Positions 25,073-36,100 of a DNA stretch of 64,000 nucleotides are shown in pieces; within the stretch, counting starts at the first letter, position 1, and each line of letters starts with the position of its first letter. Both the position numbers and the translations under genes were made by a program. Source of the DNA: an uncultured Gemmatimonadales bacterium (GTDB taxonomy: Bacteria; Gemmatimonadota; Gemmatimonadetes; Gemmatimonadales; GWC2-71-9); the NCBI GenBank assembly GCA_963697755.1, contig CAVOPE010000014.1:107817-171816 (forward strand), given 5' to 3'. The notes under the pieces were generated by a model that saw only the letters and a list, made by a program, of their open reading frames with translations, searched no databases and was not told the origin of the DNA.

Positions 25073-26985
25073 ATGTCTCCACACCAGCCCCTCCCACCCC
25101 GTCCACAGATCCGGAACCGATACCTCTTTGCGTCGGACGTGTGTCTTTTCGTCTCAGCCACGATCCTCGCGTACGCCCTTCGGTTCGAAGGATTCGAGTG
25201 GGGCCCGGAACAACAGCAGGCGGCGGTCGTCTATCTCCTCGTCTCCCTCCCCATCAAGCTGTACGTCGCGTGGTGGGTCGGCATCTATCGCCGGCTGTGG
25301 CGCTACGCCGGGATCATCGAGGTTGAGCGGCTGATCTCGTCGGCGGCCATTTCCGGGCTGGCATGCCTGGTCCTGGGCGGCCTGGTCCTCCCGATTCTGG
25401 GTGTCACCGCCGTGCGAGTGCCGCTGTCGGTCCTGTTCATGGACGGGCTGCTGACCGCGGTCTTCGCGGCGCTGCCCCGGCTGGGTGTCGCGCCTTCGGG
25501 CGGCGGACAGCAGCGCCGCCGGGTCGACAGCGACCGGGTGATCATCGTGGGTGCCGGGGCCGCCGGTGAACTGATCGGGAAAGAACTGCTGGGCCATCCA
25601 CAGCTCGGGCTCCAGCCGATCGGCTTCGTGGATGACGACCCCTCGAAGCACGGACACCGCATGCTGGACCTGCCGGTGCTCGGTGCCCTCAAGGACCTGA
25701 CCGGTCGTCATCGACGAACTGGCGCGCACGAGGTGATCATCGCGATGCCGCGCGCGCCGGGAAAGGCGGTGCGCGCAGGTCGTGGATGCGGCGCACTGCG
25801 GCCGGCGCGCGCGCGCGCACGGTGCCAGGCATGTTCGACATTCTTTCGGGCCGCGTCTCGGTTACGGCGCTGCGCGAGGTCCAGATCGAGGACCTGCTGC
25901 GGCGCGAGCCGATCATCACCGACCTGGCCCAGGTGCGAGAGCTGGCGACCGGCGAGACCGTGCTGGTGACCGGCGCAGGCGGCTCGATCGGCAGCGAGTT
26001 CTGCCGGCAGCTCGCCCGGCTGGAGCCGGCCCGCATCATCATGCTGGGCCACGGCGAGAACTCGATCTTCGACATCCTAGCACGAGCTGGTCCGGCTCGT
26101 TCCCAATGTCACCGCGTGCCCGTCATCGCCGACGTGCGTGACCGCGAGCGGCTGCAGCACGTGTTCGAGTCATTACCGCCCGTACGCGGTCTTCCACGCC
26201 GCCGCCCACAAGCACGTGCCCGCTCATGGAAGACGAACATCGCCGAGGCCGTGACGAACAACGTCCTGGGCACCCGCAACGTCGCCGAGCTGTCGGCCGA
26301 GTATCGGCGTCAAGCACTTCGTGCTGATCTCGACCGACAAGGCCGTGCGGCCCACCAACGTGATGGGCGCCACCAAGCGGGTGGCCGAGCAGATCGTGCA
26401 GCGAGATCGCGGAGGCGCAGAGCGGAAGAACTTCGTCGCGGTGCGGTTCGGCAACGTGCTCGGCAGCCGGGGCAGCGTGGTGCCGACGTTCCTGCGCCAG
26501 ATCCGCGAGCGGCGGCCCGGTCACGGTCACCCACCCCGAGATGCGGCGCTACTTCATGACGATCCCGGAGGCGGTCCAGCTGGTGCTGCAGGCCGGCGCG
26601 CTCGGGCGAGGGCGGCGAGGTGTTCGTCCTCGACATGGGCGAGCCGCTCAAGATCGTCGACCTGGCGACCGACCTGATCCGGCTGTCGGGCCTCGAGGTC
26701 GGCGACATCGAGATCCGGTTCAGCGGGACGCGGCCGGGCGAAAAGCTGTACGAGGAGCTGTTCTTCGACTCGGAGAATGCCGTGCCCACCGACCATCCGA
26801 AGGTGCTGCGGGCGCGGAACGGCACCTTGCCCATCGGACTGAGCACCGGGGTCGATGCGCTGGTGGAGGGCGCGCGCAGCGGGAGGCCGGACGACGAGAT
26901 CCGCAGTCTGCTCGTGCGACTCGTCCCCGACTTCCGGCTGTCCGAGCACACCGCCGCGGAAGTGCTGGACCTCGCCCAGAGCTGA
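25073..26985 (+). pseudogene. membrane-bound nucleotide-sugar 4,6-dehydratase, CapD/PglF/WbpM family; about 10 frame changes as sequenced
   Basis: N-terminal TM domain in ORF 25073..25969. The catalytic domain is then spread over all three frames. Segments in order: QVVDAAHCG, RTVPGMFDILSGRVSVTALREVQIEDLLRREPI...VLVTGAGGSIGSEFCRQL...GHGENSIFDI, HELVRLVPNVTA, VPVIADVRDRERLQHVFE and YRPYAVFHAAAHKHVP. The remainder are [52 protein letters not shown]...[48 protein letters not shown] and [19 protein letters not shown]... to the stop at 26985. Confidence 0.85.
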
Positions 26986-27006
26986 CGCGGCCTCGCCCGC
27001 TAGGCG

Positions 27007-29622
27007 CTAGCGCCGCGCCACCACGATGATGGTGGCCAGCACGCCGATCACCTGGGCGATGGTGCTGATGACTCCGGTGGCGTTGCTCGACGGCTCCTGC
27101 TCGGTCCGCGTGGCCACGAACACAACCGCTCCGGGCAGGGGCCGCGGCACCTGGTCCGGGATGAGCGTCCGCCGTTTCACTCCCTGTCGCACGCCGTTCG
27201 GCTGCGTCACGTACGGATGGCGCGTGTCGCCCCGCTGGGTATATCCCCCCGCAGCATCCACATACCAGTCGAGGTTTCGGCCCGGCGTGTAGGCCACCGG
27301 CCCCGGAGAATTGACGGCGCCCTGGACCATCACGATGGGATTGAACTCGGGGATGACGATCGAGTCGCCGCCGACCAGAATGACGTTGTCGCGGTACTTG
27401 GGATCCTTAAGTACGCGAGGCAGGTTGATGCCGACCCGCTCCGGCAGCCCTGGCCTGGTGGAGTCCCGCGTGGCGCCGTTCGCCGAGGGCACCAGTGACA
27501 GCCGATCGGTTCCGGTGGGTCGCGTTCCCGCATACGAACGATAGAACTCGATGCCCCCGGGGTAGGCCTCGGCCGTCAGGCCACCGGCGCGCGCGATCAG
27601 ATCCGCCAAGCGCTCCGTCTTGGAGCGGAGCGAGTAGCGTCCCGGCGACTTGACCTGTCCGCTGACGACCACGGTGCGCTGCAGGGACCAGCCGCCCTGG
27701 CGGAGCACCAGCACGTTGTCGTAGGGCGCGAGCGGTGCATCAGCCGGCGACGCCGCGCCGGTCGCGGCATGCCCCGCCACGAAGCTCGAATCGAGCGGCA
27801 CGCGCACGGTCTCCGCCAGGGAGCCGACCGGGCGATCGGCGGGGAGGCGCGCGATCTCGGTCTCGAGCTGCGCGTCGTCCGTCAGGCCGTCGGCCAGGAG
27901 AATGACGTCCCGAACGGTCATACCCTCACGGTAGGCCACGCGGCCCGGCCGCCGCACCCCGCCGACGATGGCGACGTACTTCTCGACCCGGAACGTGGTC
28001 CGCGAGAAGATCCGGACCTCATCCTCGTCCTGCAGCGTCAGGTCCTCGCGCAGCGCGCCGGTCGAATCGGTGAAGGCCGAGCGCAGCTGGATGAAGCTGG
28101 AATCCTCGCGCATGCGGGTGACCAGAATGCGGTCGAGGTACACGTCCGGCTTGGGCCCCCCGGCCAGGCGGATGGCGTCGCTCAGCTTCATTCCCGGCGT
28201 GAAGCCCACTTCTCCCTCGACCCAGACGTTACCGCGCACCGTCACGTAGCCACGCTGCCGTGTGGCGACGGGGTGGACCGTGACCGAGTCCCCGGGCGCC
28301 ATCGGCACGGCGGGGGCCACTCCGCCGCTGAACTGATCGGCGCCGACGGCGATGACGATCCGCGCCCGGCCGCCCGCGCCGCGCGATTCCGGCGGCAGAA
28401 TCCGATGGATGGTGACGCGCGCCTCGACGGCGGAGGGATCGAAGCCGCCGGCGAAGGCGATGGCGTCGCGGAGCGTCTCGCCCGGACGCACCTCGTAGAT
28501 CGCCGGCCGGAGCACCTTGCCCGCCACGGCGGCGAATCCGCCGTGCACCGGCACGAACACGACGTCACCGGTCTGCAGCCGGATGTTCGTCGGGTTCTTC
28601 CCGCTGGTGAGGTAGTCGTAGAGGTCGAGGCTGTCGACCAGAGCCGTGCCGCGCCGGATCATCACCCGCCGGAAGGTGCCGTTGGCCGTCGGACCCCCGG
28701 CGGCGTACAGGGCGGTGAGGACGGTGCCGGCGCCCGAGATCTGGTAGGCGCCGGGGCGCACGACGTCGCCCGCGACATAGACCTGGATGTTCCGGAGCTT
28801 GGCCAGCGAGAGCTGGAAGCGCGTGGTTCCGGCTCCGTTGCTCCGAACGCCGGAGTAGACCCTTGCGAGCCGGCCGGACAGCTGCTTCTGCACCTCGGCG
28901 AGCGTCAGGTTGGCGACATACACCTGGCCCACCTGGGGAATCACCACGAATCCCTCGCGGGTGACCTCGAGGGTGTACGACCGCTCGACGTCGCCGGTCA
29001 GGATCAGGACGAGGACGTCCCCGGGCCCGAGCCGGTAATTCTCGTCCACCGGGCCCGTCTGCGCGGCCTGAAACCGGGTCGACGCGCGGCGGAAGGTCTC
29101 CAGACCGAACACCTTGAGCCCACCGCGGAGCACGGTGAGCGTGTCCGCCAGGGAATCGGTGCGAAGGGAATCGGCGCGGACCTGCTGAATCGAGTCCAGG
29201 AGCGCGCGCAGCGAATCAGAGCTGACCTTGACCGAGTCCGCGAGCCTGAGTGAATCGGCCTCCTCATCGCTCAACACCCCCAGGGCTCGCACCGCGTCCA
29301 GCGTGCGCGGCCCATACGGCGCCGGGAGCGTGGTGTCGGCGCCTTGGACATAGCTGTCGAGCAGGTTGTCGGGGTAGCCGGCGGCGCGAAGGCGCGAGCG
29401 CACCTGGTCGGGGGTCATTCCCGACTGCTGGATGCGCTGGCGGAGCTGTTCGATGAGCTGCGGCTGGTTCCGGAGGAGGTCCTGCGCCTGCTCCGGCGAG
29501 GGGGGTTGCTGGCCTGCGCCGGGAATCTGGGCCAACGCCGGCGTCGCGAACGCGAGCAGGATGACGGCCAGGCCGAGCCACGCCCTGCGGGGCAGGGACC
29601 TACGCGAGACCGAGTTGGGCAT
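27007..29622 (-). CDS. large polysaccharide export protein (Wza/OPX family with multiple SLBB-like modules)
   Basis: ORF 27007..29622(-), 871 aa. Signal peptide [32 protein letters not shown]. Repeated export/SLBB-like modules ([62 protein letters not shown]). C-terminal hydrophobic helix [22 protein letters not shown]. Confidence 0.8.
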   Translation of the reverse strand: MPNSVSRRSLPRRAWLGLAVILLAFATPALAQIPGAGQQPPSPEQAQDLLRNQPQLIEQLRQRIQQSGMTPDQVRSRLRAAGYPDNLLDSYVQGADTTLPAPYGPRTLDAVRALGVLSDEEADSLRLADSVKVSSDSLRALLDSIQQVRADSLRTDSLADTLTVLRGGLKVFGLETFRRASTRFQAAQTGPVDENYRLGPGDVLVLILTGDVERSYTLEVTREGFVVIPQVGQVYVANLTLAEVQKQLSGRLARVYSGVRSNGAGTTRFQLSLAKLRNIQVYVAGDVVRPGAYQISGAGTVLTALYAAGGPTANGTFRRVMIRRGTALVDSLDLYDYLTSGKNPTNIRLQTGDVVFVPVHGGFAAVAGKVLRPAIYEVRPGETLRDAIAFAGGFDPSAVEARVTIHRILPPESRGAGGRARIVIAVGADQFSGGVAPAVPMAPGDSVTVHPVATRQRGYVTVRGNVWVEGEVGFTPGMKLSDAIRLAGGPKPDVYLDRILVTRMREDSSFIQLRSAFTDSTGALREDLTLQDEDEVRIFSRTTFRVEKYVAIVGGVRRPGRVAYREGMTVRDVILLADGLTDDAQLETEIARLPADRPVGSLAETVRVPLDSSFVAGHAATGAASPADAPLAPYDNVLVLRQGGWSLQRTVVVSGQVKSPGRYSLRSKTERLADLIARAGGLTAEAYPGGIEFYRSYAGTRPTGTDRLSLVPSANGATRDSTRPGLPERVGINLPRVLKDPKYRDNVILVGGDSIVIPEFNPIVMVQGAVNSPGPVAYTPGRNLDWYVDAAGGYTQRGDTRHPYVTQPNGVRQGVKRRTLIPDQVPRPLPGAVVFVATRTEQEPSSNATGVISTIAQVIGVLATIIVVARR

Positions 29623-29655
29623 GGGGGGCGAAGATCGCTCGTAAGTAAGGCGAAG

Positions 29656-30767
29656 TCAAGCGGTTGCGCGCAGGAGGTCGTGCCAGAATGCAAGCGTTCG
29701 GTCGGCGATCGCCGCGTCAGTATACCGCTCCATCACGCGGCGCCGGCCGGCCGCGCCCAGACGCCGGACCTCCTCCGGCTGATCGTGCAGGCGCTGCAGC
29801 GCGTCGGCGAGGGCCCCCACGTCCTCTTCGGGCACCACCAGGCCGGCGTCGCCGAGCGACTCCGGGATGGCCCCCGCGGCGCTTCCCACCACCGCGATCC
29901 CGTGGGCCATCGCCTCCAGCCGGCGCGGGGCGCCACCTCGATCCAGCGCGGGGTCGTGCGCGACGGTAGCACCACGACATCGAGCCGCGGCCAGACCTCA
30001 TCCACCGCGCTCCGAGGCAAGGCGCCGCGCCAAGTCACCCGGCCGGCAATGCCAAGACGTTCCGCCAGGCCCTCCAGCTCTTCCTGGGCCGGACCGGTGC
30101 CGACCACCGTGAGCGTCCACCGGCCCACCAACTTCACCGCAGCCCGGAACAGGAGGTCGAGGCCCTTCTCCGGAATCAGCCGGCCAACGAATCCCAGGCT
30201 GAGGCCGGGATGGCCCGGTCGGTCAGGCGCGAGTGGGAGCGCGACGCCGAGCTGGGGAATTGTGCGATGGGGCAGGGATGGATGGCCGCGCAGCGCAAGG
30301 CGCCCGGCGAACTCGTTCACCGAGATGACCCCTGCCGCCCCGGCCAGGGCGCGGTTCCGCCGCAGCCTCGTGAGCGTGCCTCGGCTCACCGGCAGGCTCT
30401 CGCGGGTGACGAGCACGTACGGGATCTTGAGCCGCCGTGCCGTCCGCGCGATCGCCGCGGCGCCGTTGCTCCACGGCTCTTCCTCGAGCTGCACCACGTC
30501 GGGCCGGAAGTCGGTGAGCAATCCGCGGATGGTGCCGCCATGCCAGAACGGATCGGCCGCAGGGAGCGCGCTCCCGCGAATCGGGATGGGTACGGTGCGG
30601 ACTCCGCCGTCGTCCCCCCAGCTCGTCTGCTGCTGCCGCTCCAGTCCTGCGGGCACCCAGCGATCGGGCACCGCGGCGGCCACGGTCACGCCCAGGCCGG
30701 CGAGGGCGCGGAGCTTGCCTCTCGCGGCGGGGTCCGCGTAGACGCGGGAGATCACCAGTGCGCGCAC
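29656..30767 (-). CDS. GT4-family glycosyltransferase; one frameshift near 29920 as sequenced
   Basis: ORF 29733..30767(-) gives the N-terminal three quarters (MRALVISRVY..., LGFVGRLIPEKGLDLLF, VVVLPSR). The C-terminal EAMAHGIAVVGSAAGAIPESLGDAGLVVPEED... lies in ORF 29656..29910(-). The join needs a 1-nt correction around 29920-29922. Confidence 0.8.
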
Positions 30768-30860
30768 GCCCCCAATCTCACCTCACATCGCGTCAGGACC
30801 AAGGGTGGTTGCGCGGTTGACTTCGGTCGCCGGTCTAGGCCAACTTGGCGACACACCATC

Positions 30861-31940
30861 ATGCGCATCCTCCATCTCGCGAAGTACTACTGGCCGCGCT
30901 CCGGCGGCATGGAACGGGTGGTCCAAGGTCTCGCCGAAGGCGCCGCGAACCTGGGTCATCAGGTCCAGGTCGTCGCGGTCGAGAGCCGCGGCAAGGCGGG
31001 GAGCGCGGGCCGGGCGCGGATGGGCGTCACCCGCGCGTTCTCGTTCGCGGCGCTGGGCTCGCAGGAGATCGCGCCCGGGTACATCGCCGCGGTCTGGAAA
31101 CGCGCCGACATCATTCACGTCCATCATCCACACCCGCTCGCCGACGTCGCCTGCTTGCTGCGGGCCGGCGGGACGCCGGTGGTGGTCACCCAGCACGCGG
31201 ACTCGCGCCGGTCGATGTACCGGCCCGTGACCGGTCTCGTGCTGCGGCGCGCCGCGGCGGTCGTGGTGCCGAGCCGGGCCCACCTGGCGCTGTCCACGGA
31301 ACTGGAGGGATGGGAGAGCAAGGTCGAGGTCATTCCGTTCGGCATCGACCAGACCCGGTGGGAAACCGTGCCGCCTCCGCCGCCCGGGGCGACGCCCCGG
31401 GCCATCTTCATCGGTCGGCTGGTGGCCTACAAAGGCCTCGACATCCTGCTGCGCGCGCTCGAGCGGGTCCCGGAGCTCCGGCTGGACATCGTCGGGGCGG
31501 GTCCCGAGGGACCGCGGCTGCGGACGCTGGCGCAGGCCTTGGCCGTCACGGACCGGGTGCGGTGGTACGGGGAGTATCCGGACGAGGATCTGCCGCGCCG
31601 CATGGCCGACGCCGATTTCCTGGTGCTGCCGTCGGTGACGGTCGAAGAGATGTTCGGGCTGGTGGTCCTCGAGGCGATGGCCGCGGGTCGGCCGGTGATC
31701 ACCACGGCGCTTCCCAGCGCGGTCCGGGAGGTGAACGTTCCCGGCGTCACCGGCCTCGAGGTGCCGCTGCGCGATGTGCCGGCGTTGGCCTACGCGCTCG
31801 AGGCCATGAGCCGCGACCCCGCCCGTCGGCGGACCATGGGCGAGGCGGGGCGGCGGCGGGTGGCCGAGCGGTTCACCCAGTCCATGATGGCGGAGCGGCA
31901 CGTGGAGCTGTACGAGAAGATTCGCGCGTTGCGCGTGTAA
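30861..31940 (+). CDS. GT4-family glycosyltransferase
   Basis: Within ORF 30210..31940; ATG 30861 (MRILHLAKYYWPRSGGMERVV). Motifs FIGRLVAYKGLDILL, FLVLPSVTVEEMFGLVVLEAMAAGRPVITT. Divergent from the previous GT4. Confidence 0.88.
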   Translation: MRILHLAKYYWPRSGGMERVVQGLAEGAANLGHQVQVVAVESRGKAGSAGRARMGVTRAFSFAALGSQEIAPGYIAAVWKRADIIHVHHPHPLADVACLLRAGGTPVVVTQHADSRRSMYRPVTGLVLRRAAAVVVPSRAHLALSTELEGWESKVEVIPFGIDQTRWETVPPPPPGATPRAIFIGRLVAYKGLDILLRALERVPELRLDIVGAGPEGPRLRTLAQALAVTDRVRWYGEYPDEDLPRRMADADFLVLPSVTVEEMFGLVVLEAMAAGRPVITTALPSAVREVNVPGVTGLEVPLRDVPALAYALEAMSRDPARRRTMGEAGRRRVAERFTQSMMAERHVELYEKIRALRV

Positions 31941-32000
31941 CGCCCCCTGACGTCGCGGTGAGTGCGCTCGCGGCGGTGGTCATATGCCAGTGAGGTCGAC

Positions 32001-32261
32001 ATGGCGAAGTTCGGACGACCGGCGGGCCCCGAGCGGCAGGCGCGGTTGAAGCTGCCGTTCGAGGGCCTGTATCCCGGTATCGTGGCCGGCGAGTGGATGC
32101 CGGCATGGCTGTTGGCGGAGCAGCTGCTCGCCGCGGCGGAGCGGCAAGGCCTCAACCCCGGCGAACGGGTGTGCGTGCCGGCGCACTTCGAGTTCCGTGG
32201 CGGCGGCAAGCGGCCGCCCGAGTTCCGCGGACTGAGAACGCGCGCGATAGAGGTGCCGTAG
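32001..32261 (+). CDS. hypothetical small protein (86 aa)
   Basis: Within ORF 31962..32261; ATG 32001 (MAKFGRPAGPERQARLKLPFEGLYPGIVAGEWMPAWLLAEQ...). Third-codon positions are strongly G/C, consistent with coding. No family recognised. Confidence 0.35.
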   Translation: MAKFGRPAGPERQARLKLPFEGLYPGIVAGEWMPAWLLAEQLLAAAERQGLNPGERVCVPAHFEFRGGGKRPPEFRGLRTRAIEVP

Positions 32262-32403
32262 GCGATCCTTCGCGCCGAGCACCAGCTTCCCCCTCCCGGC
32301 ACGATCGTCTAGTACGCGCGCGGGCGCATACCGGATCTCCCATCCGCAGGCCTGCTCCGGGCGTAGCTGAGGTGTCCAACCACCACCTCAACCGGAGATC
32401 CAC

Positions 32404-32997
32404 ATGCGATTGCTGTACACCACCCGTTCGGCGTTCGTCCTGAGCCTCGCCCTCGCCGCCGCCTCGGCGGCCTCCGCGCAGGAGCGCTCGGCCGAGATGA
32501 GCATGGACAAGGGCACCACCATGGTCGGCGGGCAGGCGATGTTCCGCACCAAGGATATCGTGGACAACGCCGTCAACTCGGCGGACCACACCACGCTCGT
32601 CGCCGCCGTCAAGGCGGCCGGCCTGGTGGAGACGCTGAAGGGCGAGGGCCCGTTCACCGTGTTCGCACCGACCAACGCCGCCTTCGGGCTCCTGCCGGAG
32701 GGCACGGTCAGCACCCTCCTCCGGCCGGAGAACAAGGGGCAGCTCACCAAGGTGCTCACCTACCACGTCGTCGCGGGGCGGTACGACGCGTCGGCGCTGA
32801 TGAAGGCCATCAAGGAGGGTCACGGCCGAGCCACCCTCAGGACCGTGCAAGGCGAGCCGCTGACGCTCACGATGAACGGCGACCGCAACATTGTAGTGCG
32901 CGATGCCAAGGGCGACGTGGCCGACATCTCGACCTACGACGTGGTGCAGTCGAACGGCGTCATCCACGTGGTGGACAAGGTGCTGCTGCCGAGCTGA
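32404..32997 (+). CDS. secreted fasciclin (FAS1) domain protein
   Basis: ORF 32404..32997. Signal peptide ...LALAAASAASAQE. FAS1 motifs TLVAAVKAAGLVETLKGEGPFTVFAPTNAAF, LTYHVV, NGVIHVVDKVLLP. Confidence 0.9.
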   Translation: MRLLYTTRSAFVLSLALAAASAASAQERSAEMSMDKGTTMVGGQAMFRTKDIVDNAVNSADHTTLVAAVKAAGLVETLKGEGPFTVFAPTNAAFGLLPEGTVSTLLRPENKGQLTKVLTYHVVAGRYDASALMKAIKEGHGRATLRTVQGEPLTLTMNGDRNIVVRDAKGDVADISTYDVVQSNGVIHVVDKVLLPS

Positions 32998-33019
32998 GTC
33001 GCCGGCCAGCAGGAAGGGC

Positions 33020-33049
33020 GGGGCCTGGCTGCGATCGCGGCCAGTCCCC
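33020..33049. terminator. GC-rich hairpin between convergent genes (possible bidirectional terminator)
   Basis: GGGGCCTGGC-tgcgatcgcg-GCCAGTCCCC: a 10-bp stem with one mismatch, 23 nt after the fasciclin stop and about 60 nt after the kinase stop. No U-tract, so weak. Confidence 0.3.
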
Positions 33050-33107
33050 GTCTCGCCATGGCCGGTTGCCTCACCCGGGCGAAGGGGGAGACGAGCAGGG
33101 CGGACGG

Positions 33108-36100
33108 CTACCGGGCGGGCGCCAGCGCCTCGAGCCGCTGCCGCACGACGCCCACCGCGGCCTCGGCACCCAACCCCTCGAGCAGCCGCACTGCCTCGGC
33201 TACGAGAGCCGGCGTGTCGGCCTCCGCGAGTGCCAGCGCCTGCTCGTGCGGGCAGCCGAGCCGTGCCCATTCCTCCGCCGCGCCGACGGCGTCGCCCCGG
33301 AGCTCCAGGAGGCAGGCGCCCGGGATGTCTTCCGGCACCCGGGGAAGCGCGCCGGCGCGATGCAGCCACACCGCCAGGCAACCGCGGATCCAGGGGCTGT
33401 TCCTGGTCAGCGACAACTCGTAGACGGCCCGGGCCTCCATTGCCATCTCCGCCGGCCGGCGGGCCAGCCACGCTGCCTCGGCCCGGGCCAGCGCCACCGG
33501 TCCGAGCCGCTGCAGCTCCGCCGTGCTCTCCGCCAGCGTGTGCGCCTCGTCGAGCAGCTCGCTGACGCCGGCTTGGCCGCAGCGGGCGCGAAACAGCCCC
33601 AGCACGACCAGCGCGTGGATCCTCGCCGGAGCGAAGAGCTTGGTCTGCTCCAGCAGCTCGGCCGCCTCGAGGCGGGCCTCTTCCCAGGCCCCGGTGTCGA
33701 GGTGGAGCTGCGCTCGCCACGCGCGCATATACGCGGTCCAGAAATCGAGGTCCCGTGCCTCAGTGTACTCCAGCCCTTCGCGCAGGTAATGCTCGGCCTC
33801 CTGATACCTCCGGTCCGCCACGAAGCTGGTGAAGTTGGCATAACACCGGGACACGTGCTCCTGGTAGCTGCCCTCGCGCGCAAGGCGAAGCGCACGGGTG
33901 AGCTTGGGGTAGCCTTCGTCCGGCCGCGACCGGATCTCGGCGCTCCCGACGTTGGTGAGCGCATGCACCAGGGTCTCGCTGTCGCCGAGGCGCTCGGCGA
34001 GCGCGATGGCCTTGTCGCCCCAGGTCACCGCTCCCTCTGTCTCGCCGGCGAGCATGTGGAGCTGGGACAGGTTGCTGTACGCCATCGCCAGCTCCGGGCC
34101 GAGACCGAGCGGCTCGAGGACCGCGATTGCCTCCCCCGCGTAGCCCTCCGCGTCCGCCCGTCGGCCCCCAGACCAGGCCAGGCGCGAGAGCCATCGCAGC
34201 GCGGCGCCCTCCCGCCGGCGATCGCCGAGACGCCGCCAGGTTTCCAGCGCCTCCTCCCGCGCGGCGAACGCCTCGGCCATGCGGCCGATCAGGTAGTCCT
34301 CATAGGACCGGCCTTCCAGCAGCGTCGCCCGCTCGTCCGGCGCCAACCCTTCGGCGGAGCGCAGTCCCACGCTGTAGTGCGCCGAGGCCTCGCGATGGGC
34401 GCCGAGCGCGGAGGCTTGCGAGGCGGCCAGGGGAACCCAGCGTTGGACCGACTCGGTGTCGCCGGCGCCTTCCGCATGATGCACCAGTCTGGCCGGCGCG
34501 ACAGGTGACGCGGCCGTCTCGAGCGCTGCGAACACGCGCGCGTGCAACCCGCGCCGCCGGCTAGAGACGAGGCTCTCCTCGACCGCGCGCCGCGCGAGCT
34601 CGTGGCGAAAGCCGACGCCCTGCTGGTCGCTGGTCAGCATGCCCGCGGAGAAGCATTCCTCCACCGCCGCCGAGTCGCGACCGAAGAGCCGCTCCACCAG
34701 CCAGGACTCGGCCTTTCCCGGAATCACCGAGACGACCTCCATGGCCGCGCGCGCCTCGGGCGAAGCGCGCGACGCCCGGCCCAGCACCGCGTCCCGCACC
34801 GTCGCGGGGATGCCCGACTGGTAGCTGGCGAGGACCTCGGAGAGGTAGAAGGGGTTCCCGCCGGTCGCCGCGTGGAGCCCGCGATGGCCGCGTCCAGCAC
34901 GGCGGGCGAGCGTCGCGACGGCCGACTCGGAGAGCGGACGCAGCTCGAGGCGGCGCACCGCGCCGCGCGGGAGATCGCCGAGCACCGATCGCAGCGGATG
35001 GGCGGGGCCGATCTCGTCATCCCTCACGGTCACGATCACCAGCAGTGGGAGCCGGTGCGCCCGCCGCCCCAGGAACTTGAGGAGGTCGAGCGTCGCTCCG
35101 TCGGCCCAGTGCACGTCCTCCAGCACGAGCACGGTCGGCGTGCGGCCGAGCCCGAGCTCATCGAGGAGCGTACCAAAGATCGCTTCGCGGCTGGACGCGT
35201 TCCGGAGCGCCGCGTCGAGCGCGCCGCCGAGCTGGGCGGCGATGTCGTACAGCGGGCCGAGCGGGCGCGGGGTGAACAACGCCTCGCACCAGCCCCAGAG
35301 CAGGCGGACGGAGCGCTGCCCGCGGGTGAACTCCTCCACCAGCGAGGTCTTGCCGATGCCCGCCTCCCCGGAGACCAGGACGAGCGCGCCGCTGCCGGCG
35401 ACCGCCGCCACCAGGAGACGCTCGAGCTCGTCCAGGAACTCCTCCCGCTCGACCAGCGCCGTCTCCCGGGTTGCGGGCTGCGGCAGGGCACTCTGCGCGG
35501 CGGTCACGCCGGTCGCGGCGATCGGTTCCGCGAGCGCCTGGGCGAGCTCGGCCGCGCCTGCGAAGCGGTCGACGGGGTCACGGGCCAATGCCCGTCTGAC
35601 CGCGGTCTCCAGCCAAGGCGGGACGTCCGCGCGCAGTGGCCGCAGCTCCGGCGGCGCTTCCACCAGGCGGCGGGACATCAGGGCCATCGCAGTCCGACCG
35701 GTGAAGGGTGTCTGCCCGGCGAGCATCTCGAAGAGCACGCACCCGAGCGCGTACACGTCCGAACGCCCGTCCACCGGCTCGCCGGCGACCTGCTCGGGGC
35801 TCATGTATGCCGGGCTGCCAACCGCGGTGCCGGCGACGGTCAGCGCCGCGTCGAGCGGTCCGACCACCCGGGCGACTCCGAAGTCCGCGACCAGGGCATG
35901 GCCGCCGGACAGGAGTATGTTCTCCGGCTTGATGTCGCGGTGCACCACGCGGTGCGCATGGGCGTACGCCAAGGCGTCGGCGATCTCCCGGGCGAGACCG
36001 ATGGCCTCCGCCAACGGAAGCGCCCCCTCGCGCTCGAGCCGTCGGCGGAGCGACTCGCCGGCGACATACGGCATCGTGTACCAGGACTGGCCGGCGGTCC

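Noticed and set aside
25805-25818. (GC)7 dinucleotide run as a phase-variation switch for the CapD/PglF-like gene
   Set aside because: It can explain at most one of about ten frame changes in the gene. The others are not at simple repeats, so a dedicated slipped-strand switch is not supported.
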